Source: an uncultured Gemmatimonadota bacterium | GTDB taxonomy: Bacteria > JAAXHH01 | Direction of reading: 5' to 3' | Length of the DNA stretch: 64,000 nucleotides | NCBI GenBank assembly: GCA_951812955.1 | Contig: OX638340.1 | Coordinates: 704,001 to 768,000 of the forward strand | Shown here: positions 55,470-64,000 of the stretch, piece after piece | How the letters are laid out: each line of letters opens with the position of its first letter | Position numbering within the stretch: position 1 is the first letter of the stretch | The notes under the pieces: model-generated | What the model was told of the DNA's origin: nothing | The model's database searches: none | Seen by the model: the letters and a program-made list of their open reading frames with translations, nothing else | Translations under genes and position numbers: made by a program

Positions 55470-55537
55470 GCCTGCGCGGCTTCCATCAAGCCGGCGCAGG
55501 TCCAGCCTGAGCCGCTTCAATCCGGCGCGGCTCAGGC
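55470..55537. terminator. Two tandem GC-rich hairpins between convergent genes (candidate bidirectional terminator)
   Basis: cctgcgcggctt-ccatc-aagccggcgcagg (about a 12-bp stem with one bulge) and gcctgagccgc-ttcaatccggc-gcggctcaggc (perfect 11-bp stem). They lie between the stop codons of the GWxTD-like gene and hflX. There is no U-tract. Confidence 0.4.
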
Positions 55538-55551
55538 CTGCACGGCTCACT

Positions 55552-56868
55552 TCACTCCACATACCTGCATACGAATGCGTCCAGCGTCTTGCCGAGGCGG
55601 CCGGCAACCGAAGGCATCATGCGGACCGTCAGGCGGACTCCTTCAGGTTCGTCTTCACGGTGCAGGACATCCCCCGACTCATACGCGACGGATACAGCGT
55701 GCCCATTCTCATAGGGTATCAGCAGTTCCAGTTCCACGCGATGAAGGTCGATCCTCTGTGAAATAGTCCGGCGCAAGCGGTCTATATCACCGGAATCCAG
55801 GGCGGACACCGCAATGGCGTCGGGATCGGCCAGCGTCAGGATATCCAGTGCGTCCGGACTCTCCAGGCGGTCTGTCTTGTTGAAGACCAGCAGCAGGGGA
55901 AGTTCGGAAGCTCCCAGTTCCGCCAGCACCTGGTTCACCGTCGCGATATGTTCAACGTGATTGGGATGGCTGCCGTCTACGACGTGAACCAGCAGGTCCG
56001 CGTCGTACACCTCGGTCAGCGTGCTTCTGAAAGATGCAATCAGGTGATGGGGCAGTTTTCGGATAAAACCCACGGTATCCGAGAGCAGAACGGGCTGGCC
56101 CGGGGTCAAGTGTATCGCGCGCGTGGTAGCGTCGAGGGTGGCGAAAAGCCTGTCCTCAATCAACGTGTCCGCTTGGGTGAACGCGTTGAATATCGTGGAC
56201 TTCCCTGCATTGGTATAACCGATCAGGGCGATACAGAACATGGCGCTTCGTCGCTGACGCTGGCGTTGATAGGAAGCGGTTACGTGTTCGAGATTCCTGC
56301 GCAGGTGGGTAATGCGACCGCGGATCAAACGTCGATCGATTTCCAGTTGCGTCTCGCCGGGGCCTCTTACCCCAATGGCGCCGCCCGATCCCGCCGCCAC
56401 GCCGCCTTCCTGCCGCGACAGGTGGTCCCACTGCCTGGTCAGCCGCGGCATCATATACTGCAGTTGCGCAAGTTCAACCTGAAGCTTGGCCTGCCTCGAC
56501 TTTGCACGCGAGGCGAATATATCGAGTATCAGGCCGCTGCGATCCAGAATGCGCCGTTCGATGACACGGTCCAGGTTCCTGACCTGCGCTGGTGTGAGAT
56601 CATCATCGAATATCACGAGGTCGATTTCCTCCGCCTTGCACAGTTCGGCGATCGACTTGGCCTTTCCGGTTCCGATATAAAACGCCGGATGCATGGCGCT
56701 GCGAACCTGGATGATCCGCTCTACGATTTCCGCGCCGGCGGTATCGGCCAGCAGGGCGAGCTCATCGAGCGACTCTTCCATTTCGGCGACCCGTTCGTTG
56801 GAAGGCACCATTCCGATCAACAGGGTGCGTTCGCGGGTTTTTCTGGGTATTTCGTGCATTTCATGCAT
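55552..56868 (-). CDS. hflX: GTPase HflX
   Basis: HflX N-domain, G1 GYTNAGKSTIFN, G3 DTVGF, and G4 NKTD motifs. Confidence 0.9.
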   Translation of the reverse strand: MHEMHEIPRKTRERTLLIGMVPSNERVAEMEESLDELALLADTAGAEIVERIIQVRSAMHPAFYIGTGKAKSIAELCKAEEIDLVIFDDDLTPAQVRNLDRVIERRILDRSGLILDIFASRAKSRQAKLQVELAQLQYMMPRLTRQWDHLSRQEGGVAAGSGGAIGVRGPGETQLEIDRRLIRGRITHLRRNLEHVTASYQRQRQRRSAMFCIALIGYTNAGKSTIFNAFTQADTLIEDRLFATLDATTRAIHLTPGQPVLLSDTVGFIRKLPHHLIASFRSTLTEVYDADLLVHVVDGSHPNHVEHIATVNQVLAELGASELPLLLVFNKTDRLESPDALDILTLADPDAIAVSALDSGDIDRLRRTISQRIDLHRVELELLIPYENGHAVSVAYESGDVLHREDEPEGVRLTVRMMPSVAGRLGKTLDAFVCRYVE

Positions 56869-56910
56869 TATGGGCGGTTACTCTTTCAGTAGATGTTTCT
56901 GTCGGGGCCG

Positions 56911-59181
56911 TTAGGACATTGCTTTCGCGGAGAAAATCCTCTCCACGCGATTGCGGATCCGGCCGGCCAGTCCGTTTCCATGGGGCAGCGCGACTTCGTG
57001 ATCGGCCGGGCCACCATCTCCGGCAATCCGTGCCGAGTTCCCCCCGGCTCGCGTACCCGAAAGCCAGTATTCTGCCAGCATGAGCGCCATCACCAGGACG
57101 ATCAGAGATTTCCAGATTTCATATCTGCCCGTGGCGCTGAAGGTCCCGCCGCGGAGGACGTCCGGGGAGCCGTCCAGGTCCTTCAGGACAAGATACGTGC
57201 CGTATCCGAGAAATCCGGCCGCCCGTACCGGGGTGAATCGAGCCAGGTCCGATTCCCGCGTGTCCGTGTTTACCGCGAACGCCTGCACGACGGCGTCACC
57301 GTCCCGCAGCGTATACACGCCGGGTTGTTTCGCATCCGGAACTTCCACCGTTATTCCGCTCCGGCCGATACGCGAATTGACCGTCTCCGAACGGCCCGTG
57401 GGATACTCCAGGTTGAGGTCGGCGTTCGCCGGAACGCCGATCAACGGCTGCACCACCGGGTGACCGGCCAGAAATCCTCCATCGGCAACCGTCACGGCGG
57501 GATGTAGATACCTGACGCCTCGATGCATGAACGGTACAAAAGCGCTTCTCAATGCCAGGTCGCTCCAACCGGTGTTCACGTCTGAAGCGACCAGAAGCGC
57601 CCTCCCGCTGCCGGATCGGCCTTCGAGAATCGCCGGCGTGCCGTCCATGAACCGGGCGATCACCCGCGCGCCGCGGTCCGCCTCCACGGCATAGGAAGCA
57701 TAGAACCGCACCGCGCCGGTCGACATCGATTCTGCGGAACGGCCATCGAAGCGGAAAACCGGATGCTCGTAATCGACCTGGTCAATCCGGTGAAAGGACG
57801 TCTTCCGGTCCGGCATCCCCCTTCGAGCCGTAATCGAGCATCCGAAGACATCAGAAAAAAACCCGTGTCTATAAACCGCCGGGGCCACCCCTTCTCCGAG
57901 AAATACCAGGACCCCGCCACCGGAGGAAATGTAACGCTCCATGCTAGCAAGCCGCGCCGGCGTCAGTTCCATTCCTCCATCCACGATCAGTACGCCCGAT
58001 TCGTACAAATCGCTATTCAACACGTCGGCGGATGCAGTCCGCAGGTCCACGGGCGTGACCAATCCGCCCGACGGCTTCAGCACCTGCTCGATGAAGTACC
58101 TGGATTCGGTCAGTCCAACGGCGGTAACGCCAAACGCTTCCGGGACATTGAGGGTGAAATACCGCCGATTGTCTGCTGCGAGGTCATCTTCGTCCAGTTC
58201 CACATAACCGGAATACCGGCCCGGGTTGTCGATGACGACATTGAACTGAACTGAACCCGTTCCGCCCGTCTCGGCAGTAACCTGGCGGCTGTCACGCGTC
58301 TCGCCGTTTATGACGAGACGGACTTCCCTGGTCCGACTGGTCTGCCCGGTCCGACTGGTCTGCCCGGTGCGCGCCGATGCCTCGTTCCGGCTGGTAAAAG
58401 TCGCGACAAACTGCTCCGGCTGATTGCGGATCAGCAGGCCCTCGCTTACGGAAACTGCGTCGATACTTGCGTTGTCCACGTCCCTTGCCGCGTAGGGATA
58501 CAGGTAAATAGGCGTATGCGGTTCCGATTGCGCTGTCGAGTCGGTTTCCGCCATATCCTGCCAGTCGGTTCGCTGTAAATCGGACAGCAGGTGGATTTCC
58601 TTGTTCGCAGAAACAACGCCGGCCAGTTTTAGCCGCGCGAGACTCAGGGCGCCGGCGATATCCCCCGTTCTTTCCGATACTTCCGCTTCCGCCAGGCGCG
58701 CTCTGAGCACTTCCTTCCGGGCCGTGGGAACTTGCGGCATGGTCTCGGGCGGCATGGCCGACAGAATGAGCAGGCCCTCGTCGCCTTGCCGCATCCTGTC
58801 GATAATTCGGCCGGCCTCGGCCCTGGCAGCGGCAAATGGCGTATCTCCGTAGCGTCCGGCACCCATGCTGTACGAATTGTCCAGCACAATGGTATAGACC
58901 GTCCGCTGCTCCAAACCGCTGCCGAACATGGCGCCCGCCAGGCCTTCAAGAACCGGCCTGGCGAAAGCCAGCACCAGAAACAGAATGATCAGGGTGCGAA
59001 GCAATAGAAGCAGAAGTTCCCGGAGTCTCAGGGCCCGGGATCGTTGCAGGTGATGACCCCTGATGAAAATCACGGAGCTGAAGTCGACGGTGGAGACCCG
59101 CTGGCGATGAAACAGGTGCATGATCAGCGGAACGGCGACCGCTACGAGTCCAAACAGCATCAGCGCGTTCAGAAAGGTCAT
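56911..59181 (-). CDS. BatA/two-anchor N-terminal domain plus von Willebrand factor A domain membrane protein
   Basis: MTFLNALMLFGLVAVAVPLIMHLF (aerotolerance-regulator N-terminal double-TM domain), VWA MIDAS (TIVLDNSYSMG), and a C-terminal TM (IWKSLIVLVMALMLAEYWL). ATG 59181 preceded by GGAGGAAG. Confidence 0.75.
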   Translation of the reverse strand: MTFLNALMLFGLVAVAVPLIMHLFHRQRVSTVDFSSVIFIRGHHLQRSRALRLRELLLLLLRTLIILFLVLAFARPVLEGLAGAMFGSGLEQRTVYTIVLDNSYSMGAGRYGDTPFAAARAEAGRIIDRMRQGDEGLLILSAMPPETMPQVPTARKEVLRARLAEAEVSERTGDIAGALSLARLKLAGVVSANKEIHLLSDLQRTDWQDMAETDSTAQSEPHTPIYLYPYAARDVDNASIDAVSVSEGLLIRNQPEQFVATFTSRNEASARTGQTSRTGQTSRTREVRLVINGETRDSRQVTAETGGTGSVQFNVVIDNPGRYSGYVELDEDDLAADNRRYFTLNVPEAFGVTAVGLTESRYFIEQVLKPSGGLVTPVDLRTASADVLNSDLYESGVLIVDGGMELTPARLASMERYISSGGGVLVFLGEGVAPAVYRHGFFSDVFGCSITARRGMPDRKTSFHRIDQVDYEHPVFRFDGRSAESMSTGAVRFYASYAVEADRGARVIARFMDGTPAILEGRSGSGRALLVASDVNTGWSDLALRSAFVPFMHRGVRYLHPAVTVADGGFLAGHPVVQPLIGVPANADLNLEYPTGRSETVNSRIGRSGITVEVPDAKQPGVYTLRDGDAVVQAFAVNTDTRESDLARFTPVRAAGFLGYGTYLVLKDLDGSPDVLRGGTFSATGRYEIWKSLIVLVMALMLAEYWLSGTRAGGNSARIAGDGGPADHEVALPHGNGLAGRIRNRVERIFSAKAMS
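58331..58366 (-). repeat. In-frame tandem duplication of an 18-bp unit (GGTCCGACTGGTCTGCCC x2 plus a partial copy) inside the BatA/VWA gene
   Basis: Read from the sequence. It encodes RTGQTSRTGQTSRT in the protein's linker region. Confidence 0.7.
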
Positions 59182-59412
59182 TCGACTTCCTCCACGTGGG
59201 TTCATTAATATACCCCCGGCACCTTCGCTCGTAAAGCGGTATCATCGGCTGGCCGGAGGCTGCTTGTGCGGGAATCAGCGGCACATTACAGGCGGGCGCG
59301 GGCCGGCCGGATGGCGTGTTCAGGGTCGATTTTCCTTGACACACCGGTCGGCTGGGGGTATCGTATTTCTACTATTCGGTCAAACCCGCTGGCAACCCCA
59401 GAAGGAGCGTTT

Positions 59413-60549
59413 ATGGAGGCATGGCTGGCCCTGGAAGACGGCACAGTCTACGAAGGCGAATCCTTTGGCGCTACCGGGGAAAAGGTTGGAGAAGTCGTAT
59501 TCAACACCAGCATGATCGGATACCAGGAGGTATTGACCGACCCGTCGTATAAAGGTCAGATCGTCACCATGACCTACCCGTTGATCGGAAATTACGGCGT
59601 TAATCCCGGCGATCTGGAATCGCTTCATCCGCACGTGGAAGGATTCGTGGTTCGGGAATACCAGCGAAATCCGAGCAACTGGCGTTCCACCGAAAGCCTG
59701 CACAAGTTCCTGGACGATCACGGCGTCGTTGGCATTTCCGGAATCGATACCAGGGCACTGACCCGACGGCTTCGTGTCGAAGGCGTCATGCGCGGGGTCA
59801 TATGTTCCGGTTCTGCGGCCCCGGACTCACTCGTAAATAAGGCTAGGACCGCGCATAGCATGATAGGCATGGATCTGGTCCGCGAGGTGACCACGGACCG
59901 TCCATACCGGTGGGAGGGAGATCGCCGTATCTACACAGACCCTCCTGATGGAGAACCGGACAAGATTTGGAACGACTTTGACGCGCCCGGTGATTTCCGG
60001 GTCGTCGTCATGGATTACGGAGTCAAGCACAACATCCTGCGGAACCTGGCGCGCCGTGGCTGCCAGGTCCTCGTTCTGCCGGCGGACTACACGGCCGAAC
60101 AGGTGCTGCGGATGAACCCCGACGGCATCATGTTATCCAACGGACCGGGCGATCCCGGCGCCGTTCAGTATGCCATAGAAGAGTTGAAAGTCCTCATCGG
60201 GCAGAAGCCCATTTTCGGCATCTGCATCGGCCACCAGCTACTCGGCATGGCACTCGGCGGGGAAAGGTTCAAACTGAAGTTCGGCCACCGCGGCGCCAAC
60301 CAGCCCGTAAGGCAATGCGAATCGGGACGGGTGGAAATAACCGCCCAGAACCACGGTTTCGCCATTGACGCTGCCACACTTGACGAGTCCGAGGTGGAGT
60401 TGACCCATATCAACTTGAACGACCGCACGCTTGAAGGGCTCAGACACCGGCGGTATCCGGTGTTTTCGGTACAATATCACCCCGAGGCTTCGCCGGGGCC
60501 GCACGACGCGGATTACTTGTTCGACCGATTCATTGCATCCATGCAGTAG
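59413..60549 (+). CDS. carA: Carbamoyl-phosphate synthase small (glutamine amidotransferase) subunit
   Basis: [21 protein letters not shown]-terminus and a GATase active-site region ([14 protein letters not shown]...HGFAID). GAAGGAG RBS 5 nt before ATG 59413; the ORF extension from 59266 is rejected. Confidence 0.9.
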   Translation: MEAWLALEDGTVYEGESFGATGEKVGEVVFNTSMIGYQEVLTDPSYKGQIVTMTYPLIGNYGVNPGDLESLHPHVEGFVVREYQRNPSNWRSTESLHKFLDDHGVVGISGIDTRALTRRLRVEGVMRGVICSGSAAPDSLVNKARTAHSMIGMDLVREVTTDRPYRWEGDRRIYTDPPDGEPDKIWNDFDAPGDFRVVVMDYGVKHNILRNLARRGCQVLVLPADYTAEQVLRMNPDGIMLSNGPGDPGAVQYAIEELKVLIGQKPIFGICIGHQLLGMALGGERFKLKFGHRGANQPVRQCESGRVEITAQNHGFAIDAATLDESEVELTHINLNDRTLEGLRHRRYPVFSVQYHPEASPGPHDADYLFDRFIASMQ

Positions 60550-60596
60550 ACCAGGCCAACGGTGCTGTTCCAGTTGGTTTCCTACAGGAGCCAGCA

Positions 60597-62384
60597 ATGC
60601 GAAAAAGTATCAAGCACATCCTCTTTCTCGAACCGAAATCCTCCCATCTGCACGTGTATTCGGACGCGTACATTCCGCGTATCGGCTGCCTGGTGCTCGC
60701 GACGATCATGCGGAAACTGGGTTACGGCGTGCGGGTGATGCTGGAAGAAGTGGAGGAGATCGATACCAACGAGTTCGGGGAAGCCGACCTGATCTGCATA
60801 TCCTCCCTGACCTCGACGGCGCCCGGGTCCTACCAGTACGCCGATTTCATCCGGAACGTCTATCCGGAAAAGACGATCGTGATGGGCGGGACGCACCCGA
60901 CTTTCGTACCCGATGAAGCCCTCCAACACAGCGATTTCGTGGTGCGCGGCGAGGGGGAGGAAGCGCTGGTCGAGCTGGTCAAGTGCCTGGAATCCGGCGC
61001 CGACTACCGCGGCATCGCCAATCTCTCCTGGGTGGAAGACGGCCAGGCGATCCACAATCCGGAGCGACCGAAGGCGGAAGACCTGGACGTGCTGCCCATA
61101 CCGGACTTCAGTCTGGTTCCTTCCGGCCGACTGGATATCATGTCGATACAGACACAGCGTGGCTGCCCGTGGGACTGCAGTTTCTGCACAGTGACCAAGT
61201 TGAACGGGCACAAGTTGCGCGGCCATTCGGTCGAACGCGTGCTCGATATGCTGGAAGCCTATACGAAGATGCCGAATTTCAGCTACCTCTTTTTCGCAGA
61301 TGATATCTTCAACGTGCCAGTGGATCGCACCATGGCCATCATGCAGGGCATGATCGACCGCAGGCTGACCATACCGTGGGCCGCGCAGATGCGCCACGAA
61401 ATCTCGAAGCAGCCGGAGTTGATGAAGAAGATGCGCGAGGCGGGATGTGACCGCGTGATGATCGGTTTTGAATCCATCGACGAAACGGCCCTCGAGCTGT
61501 ACGGCAAGAAAGAGACTGCGCTGGACGTAGAACGGGCCATCGACGCGATCCATGACCACGGGATCGATCTCCACGCCATGTTCATTGCCGGCGCAGATTC
61601 GGATCATCCGGAAACCATCAAGACGCAGTTCGAATTCGCCAAGAAGAAGGACCTGGCGACCTCGCAGTGCATGATCCTGACGTATCTGCCCGGTTCCGAA
61701 GACACCATCCGTTACGATCTCCAGGGCGGCGAGTACCTGAGCCACGACTGGAGCCACTACGACGGCCACCATGCCAATCACCCCGTCCCGAACATGACCC
61801 GTTACGAACTGGTCAACACGGTGATGGAAGGCATGAAGGGGATGTACGCGCCGCACCGTATCCTGTCCAAGCTGGGCAGCGCGGCATGGAACGCGGTCAA
61901 GTTAAACAAGCGGGAGGCTACGCGGCAACTGCGTAACGGCCTGCTCCGGCTGAACGGCTACTCCATCCTGCAGCGGTGGTTCACGGAGCACACCGACTAC
62001 CTGGCCGGTCTTCGCGCCGAAAACGTGTCTCTGTCACCGGATCGCTACAAGCGCGTGCTCCTGGCCGTTTCCAACGTGGACGTGAGCCGCGTGCTCCACA
62101 AGTTCCTGGACGAGATGAACATACGCGTAGAAGAATACAGCGAGGAAAAACTCTCCGCCCTCAAGGATTCCGACCTCGTCGTCATGGCGGGAGAGATGGT
62201 GGACGACGTGAGGGCCAAGGTCCAGAACCTGCACATCTTCCCGGTACACGACAAGAATACGCGTATGGACCGGACCCTGACCCAACTCGGCATCCTCTTC
62301 ACCGAGAACGTGGACAAGGTACGCGAGGCCATTGCCGCAGTGCACTTCCAGCCCGGCCAGAGCAAGGTGGCGGCGAAAAGTTGA
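60597..62384 (+). CDS. B12-binding domain radical SAM protein (class B) with a ~200-aa C-terminal extension
   Basis: N-terminal cobalamin-binding-like domain (DLICISSLTSTAP...), CxxxCxxC (RGCPWDCSFC), and a radical SAM core. AGGAG RBS. Confidence 0.85.
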   Translation: MRKSIKHILFLEPKSSHLHVYSDAYIPRIGCLVLATIMRKLGYGVRVMLEEVEEIDTNEFGEADLICISSLTSTAPGSYQYADFIRNVYPEKTIVMGGTHPTFVPDEALQHSDFVVRGEGEEALVELVKCLESGADYRGIANLSWVEDGQAIHNPERPKAEDLDVLPIPDFSLVPSGRLDIMSIQTQRGCPWDCSFCTVTKLNGHKLRGHSVERVLDMLEAYTKMPNFSYLFFADDIFNVPVDRTMAIMQGMIDRRLTIPWAAQMRHEISKQPELMKKMREAGCDRVMIGFESIDETALELYGKKETALDVERAIDAIHDHGIDLHAMFIAGADSDHPETIKTQFEFAKKKDLATSQCMILTYLPGSEDTIRYDLQGGEYLSHDWSHYDGHHANHPVPNMTRYELVNTVMEGMKGMYAPHRILSKLGSAAWNAVKLNKREATRQLRNGLLRLNGYSILQRWFTEHTDYLAGLRAENVSLSPDRYKRVLLAVSNVDVSRVLHKFLDEMNIRVEEYSEEKLSALKDSDLVVMAGEMVDDVRAKVQNLHIFPVHDKNTRMDRTLTQLGILFTENVDKVREAIAAVHFQPGQSKVAAKS

Positions 62385-62530
62385 TGAGGTGACGGTCGGC
62401 CAGCCTGCGGTTGATTCAATTTAGGTCGGTCAACCCCTGCCGTTAATTCGGTTTGGACCGTCTGGTAGCTGCTTCTGCTTACGACGGCACCTGTTGCAAT
62501 AACATCGATATACAGAAAGAGAGATCTACC

Positions 62531-62815
62531 ATGGCCGCGTACATTATCGTGGAATACGTCGTAACGGACGAGGATGCCTTCGCAGAGTTCAGCAAAAGGA
62601 CCGCAGCAGCCGTAGAAGCCCATGGCGGCAGGTATCTGGTCCGCGGCGCCGTGGAAGTCCTGGATGGGGATTGGACGCCGGAACGCATGGTCGTCGTGGA
62701 ATTTGAAAACAGCGACGCGGCGAGGGCCTGGCTGGACTCTTCGGATTACGCTGAACTCAAGGCATTGCGCCAGCGGGCTACCAGAGCCAGCGTGGTCTTT
62801 GCCGAGGGTGTTTGA
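62531..62815 (+). CDS. DUF1330 domain protein
   Basis: 94 aa. MAAYIIVEYVVTDEDAFAEF...GGRYLVRGAVEVLDGDW...VVVEFENSDAARAWLDS matches the DUF1330 pattern. Internal ATG 62531. Confidence 0.65.
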   Translation: MAAYIIVEYVVTDEDAFAEFSKRTAAAVEAHGGRYLVRGAVEVLDGDWTPERMVVVEFENSDAARAWLDSSDYAELKALRQRATRASVVFAEGV

Positions 62816-63088
62816 GCTGGACGGGCCGGTTAGTTCGAAAAGTGCCGGCCCGAATTGATGTCGTACATACAGCCCTGCCTGCAAATCCGTTCTGAGCAGT
62901 CCGCTCTAGCGGATTCAGTGAGATTCCTACCTCAGCCATACTTGAGCAATACCCCAGTCATTTACTGAGCCAATTCTGCATTTAGATCACGAATTTTGAG
63001 AAAATTTGGCAGGGAATTGGATTCCGACGATGAGGCGCGGTCTGTCCTCAGTGAGCCTTCTTAAGTTGCATTCAATCTGGCTGCCATG

Positions 63089-63286
63089 TCAGAACTGGTC
63101 AGATTGATTGAAGATGGCGCCATAGCGTATCGACATGGATGGCGAAATCGATCGACGTCCATGCACAATCTCATTAATTGGACGTGGTGCAACCCCGATT
63201 GCACGCGCCATGAAATTCTGCGAAATGCCCATCGGCTTGAGGTACTCCTCAAGTAGAACCTCGCCGGGTGTTATGGGTTTTTGCAT
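63089..63286 (-). pseudogene. HigA-family (XRE HTH) antitoxin-like gene, C-terminally truncated, with no cognate HigB toxin gene
   Basis: 65 aa. [59 protein letters not shown] matches the HigA N-terminal HTH pattern. It stops about 30 aa before the usual HigA end. Only 46 nt separate it from the next gene upstream. Confidence 0.45.
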
Positions 63287-63332
63287 AGTTATTCCTACTA
63301 CTGGAAACTACTGGTTTGGTGTACTACTAAGA

Positions 63333-64000
63333 CTAATTAACCAAATACCATTTTAGGTTCGAACCTGGAAGGTTAACTTTCACTTCCTTGAATTCAAGGA
63401 GATCCAGATTTCCTGTAAATTCACCCCGCAGTAAAACTCCTTGATCTTCATACGGTCCGATGAGAGAGTCTTCCTTATTGTCAAGTTTAATCTTCTTACC
63501 GTCTAAGGTTTCGAAAGTAATGTCCTTGAACTCTCGTGGCTTGCCAATGTCAGCCGTTGCATACACGTTTCCAAGCACCTGGTTTGCGTCCAGAGAGTAC
63601 CTTTGGGCCACAGACTCAGTCGTCGACCTTTGACTGTGCATCTCTATTGTTACCACTTCAACACCATCCTTATTGCGTCCCACAACACGTACAGGTTCTC
63701 CAAATGCTGAGACACGAGAATCGGTAACCGCTGCTATCCGATCATCAAGCAATGGATGTGTTCGGAACGCCGTAAGGTTCTTTCCATCTTCCCCTGTAAA
63801 GTAGTCCGAATAATACCGTAGTTTCCTCAATACCAGGCTAAAGGCATCGATGCCGCGCTGACCGTACAGCCGTTCCATGTACAATGCCGCCATCGCATCT
63901 GCTTCTTCCTCCATAGAGCGCGGATAGCCTTCATAGAAAACATCTGTAGCCGCTTTTGCGAATATGTATGTTAATCCTCCCAAGACCTGGATTTCGTCAT
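63333..64000 (-). CDS. M48-family (HtpX/BepA-like) metallopeptidase, C-terminal portion with an extra ~120-aa domain (N-terminus off window)
   Basis: YPRSMEEEADAMAALYMERLYGQRGIDAFSLVLRKL matches the M48 third-ligand SRxxExxAD...KL motif; ...THPLLDDRIAAV matches the HPxxxERIaal motif. The ORF has no in-window start and continues past 64000. It lies in the low-GC segment. Confidence 0.55.
   Translation of the reverse strand, partial: DEIQVLGGLTYIFAKAATDVFYEGYPRSMEEEADAMAALYMERLYGQRGIDAFSLVLRKLRYYSDYFTGEDGKNLTAFRTHPLLDDRIAAVTDSRVSAFGEPVRVVGRNKDGVEVVTIEMHSQRSTTESVAQRYSLDANQVLGNVYATADIGKPREFKDITFETLDGKKIKLDNKEDSLIGPYEDQGVLLRGEFTGNLDLLEFKEVKVNLPGSNLKWYLVN

Larger units (their letters stand above)
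62880..64000. other. Compositionally distinct lower-GC segment (~45-50% GC versus ~62% elsewhere), possible horizontally acquired remnant
   Basis: Visible AT enrichment from ~62880 to the window end. It contains a truncated higA-like ORF and an M48-like peptidase gene. Confidence 0.45.

Noticed and set aside
63061-63252. ORF 63061..63252 (-) overlapping the HigA-like ORF in another frame
   Set aside because: It has no recognisable motifs and overlaps the better-supported HTH ORF. It is likely spurious in the low-GC segment.
63287-63332. Search for a HigB/RelE toxin gene partnering the HigA-like ORF
   Set aside because: Only 46 nt separate the HigA-like start from the stop of the next gene. 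No small RelE/ParE-like ORF exists on either strand, so the antitoxin-like ORF is an orphan.

Overview
This is a high-GC (~60-63% GC), densely coding bacterial chromosomal segment with about 55 protein genes on both strands and many 4-nt start/stop overlaps. I found no rRNA, tRNA or CRISPR. Identifications are by eye from the translated ORFs (protein family motifs); start codons were refined using Shine-Dalgarno-like GGAGG motifs, which are common here. Nothing was searched against a database. SD-type RBSs and a classic TTGACA-N16-TAGTAT promoter argue against Bacteroidetes-type expression signals, whereas GWxTD-like, BatA/two-anchor and DUF1080 proteins hint at an FCB-group / Gemmatimonadota- or Rhodothermaeota-like lineage, which is a guess.

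Gene content:
- Housekeeping: purD, carA (carB not adjacent), hflX, mpl, mgtE, Sua5/TsaC, MscS, YihY/BrkB, and a C-terminal processing protease.
- Envelope and stress: an ECF sigma, zf-HC2 anti-sigma and HtrA-like protease operon. Directly upstream, same strand, lie Sua5, a GT9 heptosyltransferase and an XPB/Rad25-like helicase. Also present are an MltF-like lytic transglycosylase with a duplicated solute-binding domain and a BatA+VWA two-anchor protein.
- Accessory metabolism: two adjacent class-V aminotransferases, an HpcH aldolase, an ornithine cyclodeaminase-family enzyme, three PhyH dioxygenases, an enolase-superfamily dehydratase, a xylose-isomerase-like TIM protein, 2-hydroxyacid, Ldh2 and SDR dehydrogenases, two aldo/keto reductases, a sulfatase with TauE and MFS transporters, and a Tat-signal class-V PLP enzyme.

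Most unusual items:
- A 1128-aa double-TM, Ig-like plus ~600-aa coiled-coil protein, transcriptionally linked to a TPR protein and Mpl downstream of Ctp.
- An HtrA-like protease whose predicted nucleophile Ser is Thr (GYTGG).
- Two intergenic tandem-repeat arrays (8 x 19 bp and 3.3 x 45 bp).
- An in-frame 18-bp duplication inside the BatA gene.
- A low-GC terminal island (~62880-64000) carrying a truncated orphan HigA-like antitoxin gene and an M48-like peptidase gene.
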